Shown piece after piece: positions 25,980-35,764 of a stretch of 64,000 nt of DNA. The notes below the pieces were generated by a model. The model was not told where the DNA came from. It saw nothing but the letters and a program-made list of their open reading frames with translations, and ran no database searches. Every line of letters starts with the position of its first letter. The first letter of the stretch is position 1. This DNA is from Candidatus Obscuribacteraceae bacterium (GTDB lineage Bacteria; Cyanobacteriota; Vampirovibrionia; Obscuribacterales; Obscuribacteraceae), in NCBI GenBank assembly GCA_044226015.1, contig JBGAHS010000010.1, forward strand, positions 192,001 through 256,000. The letters are read 5' to 3'. The translations under genes were made by a program, and so were the position numbers.

Positions 25980-28724
25980 TTGTTGGCGTTAGAACAAGAA
26001 AGCAGCAATAGTGATAGTCAGGACGTGCCCGAAATTGATGTTGACAGGTCTGATGAATATTTCGCTGCCCTAGAGGAGAGCGCTTTGCTTGCTGTGTTCA
26101 GCACAGACAGGAAGCTAGGTCTCACTCAAAAACTCATATCTGAAAAGCTCGAACAATTTGGTAAGAATGAGCTGCGGCAAGAGAAAAAGCAAAGTGCTTT
26201 GGGCATTTTCTTGCATCAGTTTCAGTCAAGCGTTGTCTATTTGTTGCTAGCCGCGGCGCTTGCTTCCCTTCTTTATCACGAGTTTTTGCAGGCTATTGGC
26301 ATAATGCTTGCTGTGTTCATTAATGCGATTACCGGCTTTTACATGGAATACAAAGCTGGTGTTTCACTCGAGGGATTAAAAGGTCTGGCAGGGCAAACAA
26401 TTCGTTGCGTCAGGGAGGGCGTGCAGTCCGATCTGCCAGTCGTTGAATTGGTTCCAGGCGACCTGGTAATTCTGGAGCCCGGTTCTAGAGTACCTGCTGA
26501 CATAAGACTTCTTGAAGCTGCCAATTTAAGTATTGATGAATCGCCTTTGACTGGCGAGTCTGTGCCGGTGTTCAAAGATGCAAGCGTGAGTGATGGTGAT
26601 GAGCCGCACAATATCGCTTATCATGGAACACTTGTTGCAGGCGGGCGTGGGCTCGGTCTCGTCTTGCGAACTGGTATGAAGACTAGTCTCGGTCGTCTTG
26701 GCAAATTACTTGAAAGCACCGAATCTGGTGGCACTCCTCTTGAGCGGCAATTGGAAAAATTAGGGCAGCAGCTCAGTATTCTGACTATTATAATTTGTTC
26801 GGTTGTTACGCTTGTAGGCATTGTTCAAAAACAAGACTTGCTTTTGATGGTAGAGACTGGAATAGCGCTGGCTGTCGCGGCTATACCTGAGGGCTTGCCA
26901 GTTCTTGCGACGCTTGCTTTGGCTATGGGAATTCAACGCATGGTTAGAAACCATGCAATCGTGCGGCATCTTGCGGCGATGGAGACCCTTGGTTGTACCA
27001 GCATTATTTGCACTGATAAAACTGGTACTCTCACCGAAAACCTTATGACTGTGTGCAAAATCTATTTCGATGGAAAGACCGTTGATGTAGAAGCCATCGG
27101 CTATCAGCCCGAAGGACGCATTTTGTTTGGCGAAAAACAACTTAGTGCAAGTTCCGAAGCAACACTGGCTGAATTGGTAAAAGCGGGCTTCTTGTGTAAC
27201 GATGCGAAATTAGAGCACAATGCAGAAGAAGGGTGGCATGTTCACGGCGACCCCACAGAAGGTGCCTTGCTAGCACTTGCTGCGAAGACAGACCTTGACC
27301 TCAGCCAGTTGAAATTACTTGCACGTTCGGGCGAGATACCATTCGATCTGTCGCGCAAGAGAATGAGCACCATTCATCAGTTAGATAATGATGCTGCGAT
27401 AGTTTACACAAAGGGCGCTCCGGGTCCTTTGATCGCACAATGTTCGTTCATTCAAACTAGCGACGGAGTTGAGGTTTTAGCGGATGATCACCGCGCACAG
27501 CTAATGCTCGTCAATGAGGGGCTTGCCAAAAAAGGGTTGCGAGTTCTCGCATTTGCCAGGAAAGACCTCGACGGGCTACCAGACCTCATCTTAGCTGATG
27601 AGCTAGAGAGCAACATGATTTTCCTCGGTCTAATTGCTTTGCATGATGCTCCTCGCAGCGGTGTGAAAGATGCGGTTAGTAAATGCAAAAATGCAGGCAT
27701 CAAAGTAGTTATGTTAACAGGCGACCAGGCTCAAACCGCCAGGGCTGTTGCTCATGAGCTAGGCATTATATCTGATACCACTGAAACTGTGGTGACTGGC
27801 ACAGAGTTGAATTCCATGGGTGCTGACGAGGTGAAATCTGCTCTTCAGCAGACTCATGTGCTTGCGCGAGTAACGCCCGAACTTAAGTTATCTATAGTGA
27901 AGTGTTTTCAGGACAAGGGCTCTGTCGTTTCTATGACGGGTGATGGAGTTAACGATGCCCCCGCATTAAAGCAAGCGAACATCGGAGTCGCAATGGGGCT
28001 CAAAGGCACTGACCTGGCGCGTTCTGTTTCTCAGATGGTCATTGCCGACGACAATTTTTGCACCATCGTCAAAGCTATTGAACAGGGACGAGTGATTTAT
28101 GGCAATATTCAGCGCGCAGTGGGTTATCTGCTGACTGCAAGTCTCGCCTCTGTACTGACCGTGGCGCTTGGAATTCTCTGCAAAGTAGGCTTACCGTTGA
28201 GCCCCTTGCAGCTGCTATGGCTCAACCTGATAATGCATATCTTCCCGGGTCTGGGCATCGTAATGGAGAAGCCCTCTGCTGATGTTATGAATTCCCCGCC
28301 GCGTGACCCGTCCGCCAAATTAATGGGACCTACCGAACTGAAACAGATCTTTGTGAGAAGTCTTATCGTTTCCATAACTGTCTTAGCTTCTGTGCTTCAT
28401 GCTGAAAAGATCAGCCAGGATGCCTCTCACACAACCACCATCGGGCTGGCTACCTTGTCTTTGTGTTTGCTTTTTCAGGCGTGGGCATGGCTAGGTGTCG
28501 GACATAAGAAATTGGAGACAAAGAACTTCGCTGTTGGACCTTCCATGGTTTGGAACATGTGCGCCGCCTATTTCATGTTTTTTGCGGCAATCTATATGCC
28601 AGGACTGAAGGATGTGCTCGGAACTATGTCGCTTGGCATTCATGAGCTGCTATTCTGTGTAGGCGTGGCTTTCGTGTCTTTACTTGTCAGTACAGGAGTT
28701 TGCGCTATTGCAATCAAGAAATAA
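25980..28724 (+). CDS. Cation-transporting P-type ATPase (type IIA, Ca2+-like)
   Basis: TGES, AIPEGLP, DKTGTLT, KGAP, TGDGVNDAPAL motifs; AAGGAG RBS before the TTG. Confidence 0.93.
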   Translation: MLALEQESSNSDSQDVPEIDVDRSDEYFAALEESALLAVFSTDRKLGLTQKLISEKLEQFGKNELRQEKKQSALGIFLHQFQSSVVYLLLAAALASLLYHEFLQAIGIMLAVFINAITGFYMEYKAGVSLEGLKGLAGQTIRCVREGVQSDLPVVELVPGDLVILEPGSRVPADIRLLEAANLSIDESPLTGESVPVFKDASVSDGDEPHNIAYHGTLVAGGRGLGLVLRTGMKTSLGRLGKLLESTESGGTPLERQLEKLGQQLSILTIIICSVVTLVGIVQKQDLLLMVETGIALAVAAIPEGLPVLATLALAMGIQRMVRNHAIVRHLAAMETLGCTSIICTDKTGTLTENLMTVCKIYFDGKTVDVEAIGYQPEGRILFGEKQLSASSEATLAELVKAGFLCNDAKLEHNAEEGWHVHGDPTEGALLALAAKTDLDLSQLKLLARSGEIPFDLSRKRMSTIHQLDNDAAIVYTKGAPGPLIAQCSFIQTSDGVEVLADDHRAQLMLVNEGLAKKGLRVLAFARKDLDGLPDLILADELESNMIFLGLIALHDAPRSGVKDAVSKCKNAGIKVVMLTGDQAQTARAVAHELGIISDTTETVVTGTELNSMGADEVKSALQQTHVLARVTPELKLSIVKCFQDKGSVVSMTGDGVNDAPALKQANIGVAMGLKGTDLARSVSQMVIADDNFCTIVKAIEQGRVIYGNIQRAVGYLLTASLASVLTVALGILCKVGLPLSPLQLLWLNLIMHIFPGLGIVMEKPSADVMNSPPRDPSAKLMGPTELKQIFVRSLIVSITVLASVLHAEKISQDASHTTTIGLATLSLCLLFQAWAWLGVGHKKLETKNFAVGPSMVWNMCAAYFMFFAAIYMPGLKDVLGTMSLGIHELLFCVGVAFVSLLVSTGVCAIAIKK

Positions 28725-28825
28725 GCTTTTAGTCGTCTATCGGTTTCCATTCTCGGCCTGAATAGGTGCTACAACTAAAGTGGAAACTTTATGAGGGAAT
28801 CGAGAATTACATAAGAAAGGAGAAA

Positions 28826-29383
28826 ATGAGTTATATGCAAATACCGTTAACTGTATCTTTCAGGAATATGGGTCATTCTGACCGAATTGAAAGTGAAATT
28901 CAGAAACGTGTCGAAAAATTAGAGGAGCTGTCCAAAGACATAATTTCGTGCAGAGTCGTAGTCGAACTGCCGCATAAACATCACAGACAGGGAAATCAGT
29001 ATCTCCTCCGCATTGATCTCTCGCTTCCAGAAAAGGAAATCATCGTAAACAAAGAGTCCGCCGGAAACGCTGAGGCTGAGGACTTCCAGGCTGTTCTGCG
29101 CGATGCCTTTGATGCTGCAAAAAGGCAGCTACATGATTACAACGAAAAGCGCCGCAAGAAAGTGAAAATTCACGATCAACACCATCCGCGCGCCAAGGTC
29201 ACTAAGGTGTTTGACGATGGTTACGGGTTTATCGAGACCGACGATGGTCGAGAAATCTACTTTCACATGAACAGTTTGCTTAGCGAAAATGGCAAGCTGG
29301 AGATTGGGGCGGAGGTTGATTTTGTGGAGACTGAGGGAGAGAAAGGTCCACAAGTTTCCTCAATGAAGCTATCTTCTAAATAG
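28826..29383 (+). CDS. HPF/RaiA ribosome hibernation domain fused to a cold-shock domain
   Basis: N-terminal VSFRNM..S..IE..I..RVEKLE...SCRVVVE...RDAFDAAKRQL; C-terminal CSD DGYGFIETDDGREIYFH...GEKGPQ; AAGGAG RBS before ATG 28826. Confidence 0.88.
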   Translation: MSYMQIPLTVSFRNMGHSDRIESEIQKRVEKLEELSKDIISCRVVVELPHKHHRQGNQYLLRIDLSLPEKEIIVNKESAGNAEAEDFQAVLRDAFDAAKRQLHDYNEKRRKKVKIHDQHHPRAKVTKVFDDGYGFIETDDGREIYFHMNSLLSENGKLEIGAEVDFVETEGEKGPQVSSMKLSSK

Positions 29384-29394
29384 AACGCTGACGA

Positions 29395-29577
29395 CTAAGC
29401 GCAATTGCGTCTTAGTTCAGCGAAACTTTCACCAAATTTGCAATGGGCGCAGTAAGCTGGAACCAACGAATGTTGGCAGAACTGCGTCTTTTGTATAGGC
29501 GCCTTTTTTCTTGACTCGTCCAAAGCCAGATGCTTGCCGCTTTGAGAGTTGATTGTCTTTTCATTTTCCATGCGCAT
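29395..29577 (-). CDS. Small hypothetical protein with CxH...CxxC motif
   Basis: GGGG RBS before ATG 29577; FCQHSLVPAYCAHC motif. Confidence 0.4.
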   Translation of the reverse strand: MRMENEKTINSQSGKHLALDESRKKAPIQKTQFCQHSLVPAYCAHCKFGESFAELRRNCA

Positions 29578-29656
29578 ATTCCCCGAAATTCGACGGACCA
29601 TTCGACGAACTATTCGTTCTTATGGACCGAAGCCCTAACTATAAAGTTAGGGTCTA

Positions 29657-29863
29657 CTAGCCCAATTCGATGCCCCAGTGGCGAAGGTTTTCTTCGTAGC
29701 TGAGCAAGTCTTCGTCGTTCCGCGATTTCTGTTCGGAATCGTTTTTCTTTTCCAGTCTTTTGAATTCGTGAGCTGTGATTTCATGTTCACCAGTAGATGG
29801 CAGAATGATCGTATCGCTCAATTTTGTTCTCGGGAATTCCATGTCTCTCTCCTCAGGACTCAT
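29657..29863 (-). CDS. Small acidic hypothetical protein
   Basis: GGAGG RBS before ATG 29863 (alternative GAGGAG start at 29842); 68-aa ORF followed by an 8-bp hairpin at 29633-29652. Confidence 0.55.
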   Translation of the reverse strand: MSPEERDMEFPRTKLSDTIILPSTGEHEITAHEFKRLEKKNDSEQKSRNDEDLLSYEENLRHWGIELG

Positions 29864-30432
29864 TACAGTCCTCCACGCCTAGCCCCGATTTATTAGGAGC
29901 GGTCCGACTTTATCGGTGCTTTCCATCGAAGCATGACTAACTAGACTTTACTCTAAATACAATGTTCCCCGGATGCATATAAGGATCGCCCGAAACTCGC
30001 TAGGGGCAACCTTTACAAGATTTTGCTGCGCAGACAATAAAGTTCACAATTTAGCATTTACGCTGAATCTTGAGGTTCATCGTCCAATAACACTTCTGTT
30101 GACCTGTTTGGCTTCGATAGAGTTCATCCCGCACATTGCATAGAACCGCATCCGTCAATTGGTGGATGCAGTTCTAGCCATGTTGCGCCGCTGTTTAAGT
30201 TTTTACATAAGAAGGATGTGCTCTAATTCATCTGCTCAATTGCAGTTGATTCAAAAAATCACATGGGTGCATATGGCACTATATTTGGTGCCAGATTCCG
30301 TGTGGTCTCTTCTAGTAAATCTCTTTTTACTAAAAGCATTATTGCGGGTTTTTCTTACGGAGTAGAAAAACCTCAAAAGTGGCTATTTGAGCCGGTCTTT
30401 GTTATGCTCTGATGTATTCGGAGGCGAAACTA

Positions 30433-31138
30433 ATGCAGAAAATTGATCCAAAAGTTGAAACGAATCCTCTATTATTGGGCGACACTTCACCAGCAACAAT
30501 TGTCCGCGGGTGAAGCATACAAGAATTTATGCCCAACTATAACGATTTGCCTGGCAGACTTTCTGCTGTTCCCTGATGTGAGCGCGTATTGTTTGCCTTT
30601 CGAGCTATACAATCGGGTGCATAATGTGACATTTGACTCTGATATATTGATAGTGGTGCTGGAGCTTCCAAAATTTAAACTGAATTCAGACGAAATATCG
30701 AATCCACTCGATAGGTGGCTGTATTTTCTATGTAATGCGGATAAACTGGACCGAGACAATCTTCCCGAGTCGCTCTGCAGACCAGAGATTCGTAGAGCTT
30801 TAGAGGAGCTGTTTATGTTAAGCCAAGATGACCTAGAACGAGAGAAATACTCCGCACGGCTGCGAGTGCTTATGGATGAGAAAAGCAGGCTAGTTTCAGC
30901 TCACGATGAGGGACTTGAGCAGGGACTTGAGCAGGGACTTGAGCAGGGACTTGAGCAGGGACTTGAGCAGGGGATTGAGCAGGGGCAGCTAATAGGAATA
31001 GTAGGAATTTGCGAAAAGCTCCTTGAGTTGGACCCTACACCTTCAGAAGAACTAAGGAGGCTTTCTCTCTCTGAGCTAGAGAAGTACGCCAGGCAGCTGG
31101 AGCTAAAAGCCATGAGTAGGAAGCAACAAACGGAGTAA
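30433..31138 (+). pseudogene. Rpn family (PD-(D/E)XK recombination-promoting nuclease/putative transposase) gene, internally deleted and frameshifted
   Basis: GGAGG RBS and ATG 30433 give MQKIDPKV (family-like N-terminus), joined out of frame to KRILYYWA...LELPKF...RWLYFL...G.EQG repeats. The catalytic D...IEMQ segment is absent. Confidence 0.75.
30911..30982 (+). repeat. 12-bp coding tandem repeat (GGACTTGAGCAG x5 plus 1 variant; GLEQ)
   Basis: Read directly from the sequence. Confidence 0.97.
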
Positions 31139-31283
31139 AATGATTGAGCTCCGCACCGTATATGGTGCATGGTATTGTGCTAATTATCTTCTTTCGCCAA
31201 TGTCGATGTGATTGTCTCGCTAAACAAACTAATTTGTTCCAGTACTCTTTATAAATCATTCGGGTAATCACTCTATAAATCAT

Positions 31284-31320
31284 CAAAATAAACGCGCCGG
31301 CTCTTTTGGAACCGACGCGT
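31284..31320 (-). terminator. Intrinsic terminator of the HxlR gene
   Basis: Minus-strand stem ACGCGUCGGUUC/GAGCCGGCGCGU followed by UUAUUUU. Confidence 0.7.
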
Positions 31321-31340
31321 GGTGCAATTAAGATCGACAG

Positions 31341-31778
31341 TTATGCGGAGATCGGACTTTCCGTTATCATTTCGTTGCGGAGGTTATAACCTCCTTCAGG
31401 AACGCTGACGGCTCCGATATTTGATTTCTCGCCATCTCCGTTGGAATCTTTCGATTCGACTTTTTCCTGCCAAAATTTGCCGTAATCTGCAAGAGTGTCG
31501 AGAACTCTTTGTAGTTCTTTGCCCAATGGCGTTAGAGAGTATTCAACGCGAGGTGGCACTTCAGGAAATGAGTGTCTGGAAACGATATTCCATTCTTTTA
31601 GATCGTGGAGTCTCTCCGCCAATGTTTTGGCGCTCAACCCTTTCAAGTTACGTTCCAAATCCGATGGACGAAGTGGTCCTTCCATCAATTGACGAATAAT
31701 TGGAATGCTCCACTTATTAGCCAAAATTTGAACTGTAATTTCCATTGGGCAGCAAGTTTCTTTGCCTAGCTTTTTCAT
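31341..31778 (-). CDS. HxlR family winged-helix transcriptional regulator
   Basis: CPMEITVQILANKWS.PII, LS.KTLAERL and EVPPRVEYSLT.LG; N-terminal Cys pair. Confidence 0.92.
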   Translation of the reverse strand: MKKLGKETCCPMEITVQILANKWSIPIIRQLMEGPLRPSDLERNLKGLSAKTLAERLHDLKEWNIVSRHSFPEVPPRVEYSLTPLGKELQRVLDTLADYGKFWQEKVESKDSNGDGEKSNIGAVSVPEGGYNLRNEMITESPISA

Positions 31779-31954
31779 TGACTCAACCGGTGCTGAAGAC
31801 CCGCGTTACGCACCGCTCCTTTTTAATTCAGATTAGCCGGAAAGTCTACTTACTACATCGACTTAGAGAATGAACACTAAGGTCATCCTTTAGGACGATA
31901 ATTCCCGGAAACCATACAGTGTCAGGCATTAGAGTCATTTGGTAGGAGCCGACT

Positions 31955-33541
31955 CTATGTGTCAATTTCTTCTGGAACGCATGGCAAGCTGAAGGTGAAC
32001 GTGCTTCCTTCTCCGAGCGTACTCTGGCAAGCTATCTTGCCGCCGTGTAATTCAACTATTTTTCGGCACAGGTAAAGCCCCAAACCCGTTCCGGCTTGAT
32101 AGCGTCCGCCTCCACTTGAGGCTTGCCAAAATCGCTGGAACAGTTTGGGCAAATCTTCTTCGGAGATTCCCTTGCCGGTGTCCGAAACAGTTATTACAGC
32201 GCTGTCATCGCTGTGCTTTAGCTGGACTGATATGGTGCCGCCTGCATTACTGAATTTTAGTGAGTTTCCCAACAGATTTTGCAGCACACGGCGAACCTCA
32301 GCATCATCGAAGATTATTTTGCTGGGGCTGTCAGGCAATTCGATGTTGAGATTTACATTCTTTGTATCGCAAAGAGGCTTTAGCTCCGAGACCACAGCCG
32401 TGATAGTTTCATTCAAATCGTTTTCTGCCAAAGAAAGATTTTTCACACCGCTATCATATCGATATACATCAAGCAGTGTCTGGACCATCTTGTATAGTGC
32501 AGAATTGCTCTGGTGAATCGTTTCCAGAACTTTCGATTGAGCTTCTGAAATTCCCCCAAAGTCACCTTCGAGCATTAGCTTTATTGCGCGGTTCGCTGCA
32601 ATGATGGGCGTTTTCAAATCATGAGTCAGTGTTGCGACAAAATCCTCGCGCTGTTGTTGAAGCATAACTCGGTCGGTTGCTTCAACGAACATTGAGACCA
32701 GTCCGCTCGATTCGCCAGATTCTTCTTTGATTGGCCAGATAGCCCAATCGTAGTATTGCGTCTTACCAGAATCATAAAATGAGAGCTTTTCTGCACTATG
32801 TCTTTTCGGTTGCCCGCTAGCCAGAACATCTTCGAAAAGGTCCATAGAAAGCCGTGGTGCCACTTCGCTCAATTTCTTACCAATGAGTTCGTTTCTGTCA
32901 GAACTCCCAACCATTGATGCAAATTCGATGTTCGCTTCGAGAATGTGCATTTCGTAATCAATGCGAGCTATCCCGATTGGAGCGTCCTCAAGAATGCTTT
33001 TTGTAACACGTTTCTGTGTTTCAAGTTCTTTTATCGCGTCTCGCTGTTCTCGTATTGCGTGCTCTTTAGCAATTGTATATGACTCGATAGCGAGCCCCAT
33101 ATCGAAAAATATCAATCTGGTGAGGGCTGTTGTTACGGATAAGTTTTTCTCGGGATCGTTCTTGTATTTTTCATAGACGAGTCTTCGAAGCCACGTCATG
33201 ATTCGGTTGTAAGCGCCTAAATACCAGGTTGGGTCCAGGCCGATTCGATAATGGGTTGTTCCGACAGCTAATCTTTCTTTGATGTAATCATCATCGTAAT
33301 TACCTTTGGTCATGCGGCGGAAATAGCGTTTCTGCGCGGCTTGAGCACGATGGAGCACATCTTCTGTTGGAAAAAATCTTTTCGTTTCAGGAAACGAAAG
33401 GAAGTGCGTGTACATGTCGTCAATGAGAGGGTCTATGTTTTCCTCAAGGAGTTCATCGACTTCCTTGACGAGGTTTTCATCTTCAATTCGAAAGCTTAGC
33501 CAGCGCTTCCGCAAATCTGAGTTTTCAACAGGATCTTTCAT
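31955..33541 (-). CDS. Globin-coupled sensor histidine kinase (protoglobin-PAS-HisKA-HATPase)
   Basis: Sensor globin (MYTHFLSFPET..FF, RLAVGTTHYRIGLDPTWYLGAY), PAS (ILEDAPIGI), H-box LTHDLKTP, N-box NLLGNSLKF, G-boxes DTGKGI and GTGLGL; no TM segment. Confidence 0.88.
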   Translation of the reverse strand: MKDPVENSDLRKRWLSFRIEDENLVKEVDELLEENIDPLIDDMYTHFLSFPETKRFFPTEDVLHRAQAAQKRYFRRMTKGNYDDDYIKERLAVGTTHYRIGLDPTWYLGAYNRIMTWLRRLVYEKYKNDPEKNLSVTTALTRLIFFDMGLAIESYTIAKEHAIREQRDAIKELETQKRVTKSILEDAPIGIARIDYEMHILEANIEFASMVGSSDRNELIGKKLSEVAPRLSMDLFEDVLASGQPKRHSAEKLSFYDSGKTQYYDWAIWPIKEESGESSGLVSMFVEATDRVMLQQQREDFVATLTHDLKTPIIAANRAIKLMLEGDFGGISEAQSKVLETIHQSNSALYKMVQTLLDVYRYDSGVKNLSLAENDLNETITAVVSELKPLCDTKNVNLNIELPDSPSKIIFDDAEVRRVLQNLLGNSLKFSNAGGTISVQLKHSDDSAVITVSDTGKGISEEDLPKLFQRFWQASSGGGRYQAGTGLGLYLCRKIVELHGGKIACQSTLGEGSTFTFSLPCVPEEIDT

Positions 33542-33630
33542 ATCACGAGCTGTGTAATTTACTATTTTGAAGATAGTAGACTCATCCGTCCTAAATTTCT
33601 ATACTTAGTGAGGTTTCTTGAGGCATAGAA

Positions 33631-34329
33631 ATGGCGAGCGAGCAAAAGTCCATTCGGGTAATTCTAGTTGAAGATCATTTACTGACTCGAATTGGGCTGA
33701 AAGCGGTCATCGAGAGAACCGTCGACCTCAAAGTGGTCGGTGAGGCCGAGGATGGGCAGCAAGCTGTCAGTATTATCGACCAGATGAGTCCGGATGTAGT
33801 CCTGATGGATGTCGGTATGCCTGTTTTGGATGGTATCGAAGCTTCCCGTATCGTAAAAGGAAAACACCCTGACATCGCTATCATTATGTTGACTTCGCAT
33901 GATAATGAGCGAGACATTTTTGCTAGTCTCGCTGCGGGCGCCAGTGGATACTGTTTGAAAGATGTTGAGCCCGATCGTTTGTACTCGGCAATTAGAAGTG
34001 TTGCGGCTGGGGATATTTGGCTTGACTCAACCATAGCTGGAAAGGTGCTCAAGCAGTACAACAGCGGCATGGTGCACGAGCAGGGCTCAGCTGAGTCTGG
34101 GAAACCTGTGCTGGCCAAGCAAGACCAGAATTTGCCTGAACCTCTTTCGCCCCGAGAGCTAGAAGTTTTACATTTGTTGGTGGAGGGCTTGTCGAATCAG
34201 GAAATAGCCGACAAGCTCATTATTTCCCTGGCAACCGCGAAGACGCACGTTAGAAATATTTTGAATAAGCTCGCCGTGGATGACAGAACTCAGGCTGCGG
34301 TTCAAGCTATGCGCCGCGGACTCGTCTAG
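33631..34329 (+). CDS. NarL/LuxR family response regulator
   Basis: VEDH, DVVLMD, LTS and GYCLK receiver motifs; LSPRELEVL...GLSNQEIA HTH. Confidence 0.95.
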   Translation: MASEQKSIRVILVEDHLLTRIGLKAVIERTVDLKVVGEAEDGQQAVSIIDQMSPDVVLMDVGMPVLDGIEASRIVKGKHPDIAIIMLTSHDNERDIFASLAAGASGYCLKDVEPDRLYSAIRSVAAGDIWLDSTIAGKVLKQYNSGMVHEQGSAESGKPVLAKQDQNLPEPLSPRELEVLHLLVEGLSNQEIADKLIISLATAKTHVRNILNKLAVDDRTQAAVQAMRRGLV

Positions 34330-34353
34330 ATTCGATGCCGAAGGTGGCTTCCT

Positions 34354-34695
34354 TCAGCTAATTTTGTTCAGCGGAAATCCCATCACTCGCCAGGCGAGTA
34401 TTCCGCCTGCAAGCACAATTGCATTCACTAATCCTGAATCTCTCAGTAGCTCCGCAGCCGTTTGCGAAAGCCGCCCGCCCTGGCAAACTAGATAGACTGT
34501 CTCGTTGCGATGATCCTCGATAATCTGCTCGATATTCCAACCATCCCACGGAATGTTGACTGAGCCTTCAATGTGCCCATCAAAAAACTCTTGCTGAGAA
34601 CGCAAGTCGATTAGTTTTGGAGACTCTTGCTTAATTAGCTCATCTCGCAGGCTGTTACTTGTTATCTTATTAAACACGCCAGAAGATTCCGTCAC
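34354..34695 (-). CDS. Rhodanese-like domain protein
   Basis: IDLRS..EF..GHIEGSVNIP, active-site CQGGRLS, LAGGILAW. Confidence 0.9.
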   Translation of the reverse strand: MTESSGVFNKITSNSLRDELIKQESPKLIDLRSQQEFFDGHIEGSVNIPWDGWNIEQIIEDHRNETVYLVCQGGRLSQTAAELLRDSGLVNAIVLAGGILAWRVMGFPLNKIS

Positions 34696-34747
34696 CTGGA
34701 ATGACTAGTTTTATTATTTCGGAATGAAACCCTTTCGAAAATGATCC

Positions 34748-34796
34748 CAAAGACTGAACCCGAATCATCCGAAGGGATGAATGAGTTCAGCCTTTG
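34748..34796 (-). terminator. Long hairpin between the small membrane gene and the rhodanese gene
   Basis: Minus strand CAAAGGCUGAACUC/GGGUUCAGUCUUUG (14 bp with G-U) plus a 6-bp upper stem; terminator or stabilising role unproven. Confidence 0.4.
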
Positions 34797-34836
34797 ATAC
34801 TCCTGTCAGTTTTTCAGGTAAGACTTTGTCTGGTTA

Positions 34837-35115
34837 TTACTCGTCAACGGCGCTTTCTTCGAGTCTTCCGCTCACCACAACATCGGCGGTCATAGCGACC
34901 AGGAACCCTAAAACTCCTCCGACAGATGTTCCGATAAGCAGAACCATGAAGACCATCGCTGTGTTGAAATGCTCAACAAGCGGCGCCATCATGTATTGTG
35001 CGACGATTGGACCGACCAAGGCACCGAGTATGGTGCTCAGTATGAAAAACTTCTGTTGTGCTACGTGGTTGGCGTCCTGAACAGTAGATTGGTTTCCTAG
35101 ACTTGCGTTTAACAT
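34837..35115 (-). CDS. Small two-TM membrane protein
   Basis: GAGGG RBS before ATG 35115; two Gly-rich hydrophobic helices. Confidence 0.6.
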   Translation of the reverse strand: MLNASLGNQSTVQDANHVAQQKFFILSTILGALVGPIVAQYMMAPLVEHFNTAMVFMVLLIGTSVGGVLGFLVAMTADVVVSGRLEESAVDE

Positions 35116-35375
35116 AGCTTTTCCCTCACAAACTCTGCAAGTCACCGGCTCTTCTGCGATCCAAACTTCAGAGTAATACTCGAACTGTTGCCATTCTCAC
35201 ATCCGAGCATGGAAACAGCATCGTCCGCTGGATTGAAAAATCGATTATTCTCACAGCTTTTATTTGAAATAGTCCTTCCGGCCAAAGCGAGCTGCTCTTT
35301 CAATCAACCTTAGTATCGATGCGGGCTAGACTCTTAGTAGTCAAAATGTATAAATAGGCAATTGGTCAACTTACA

Positions 35376-35762
35376 ATGGCAGAATCGGTAAATCAATCAT
35401 CCAGAATACTCTTGCATGTCGCTTCTGAAGCCGAACGCAAGAAGATGTACGCAGAGGCGGACAAAATACTTTCTGACGCTATGCGTATGGGCGAGAAGAC
35501 TGGAAGCAGCCGTAATTCTGAGTATGCATCGCTTCTTATTCAAATGGCTGATCTTTGTGGAGATAATGAGCGCTTCGAGAAGGCCGAGCATTTGTATTCG
35601 CATGCGATTTCAATCTTGAATTCAACTCTGGGCCCAGATCACATCAGCACGTTGTTGGCTGTGCGCAATTTCGCTGAGCTTTTATCGAGAATGGGCAAGC
35701 AAACAGATGCTGACTCTCTTTGCCAGGGCGCAAAGGAAAACATACTACGGCACTTTTCATAA
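35376..35762 (+). CDS. Small TPR protein (kinesin-light-chain-like TPR)
   Basis: AEHLYSHAISI...LGPDH.ST...NFAELL..MG motif. Confidence 0.75.
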   Translation: MAESVNQSSRILLHVASEAERKKMYAEADKILSDAMRMGEKTGSSRNSEYASLLIQMADLCGDNERFEKAEHLYSHAISILNSTLGPDHISTLLAVRNFAELLSRMGKQTDADSLCQGAKENILRHFS

Positions 35763-35764
35763 AG

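Noticed and set aside
30443..31138. Active transposase or IS element
   Set aside because: No terminal inverted repeats or target duplication seen, and the catalytic region is deleted.
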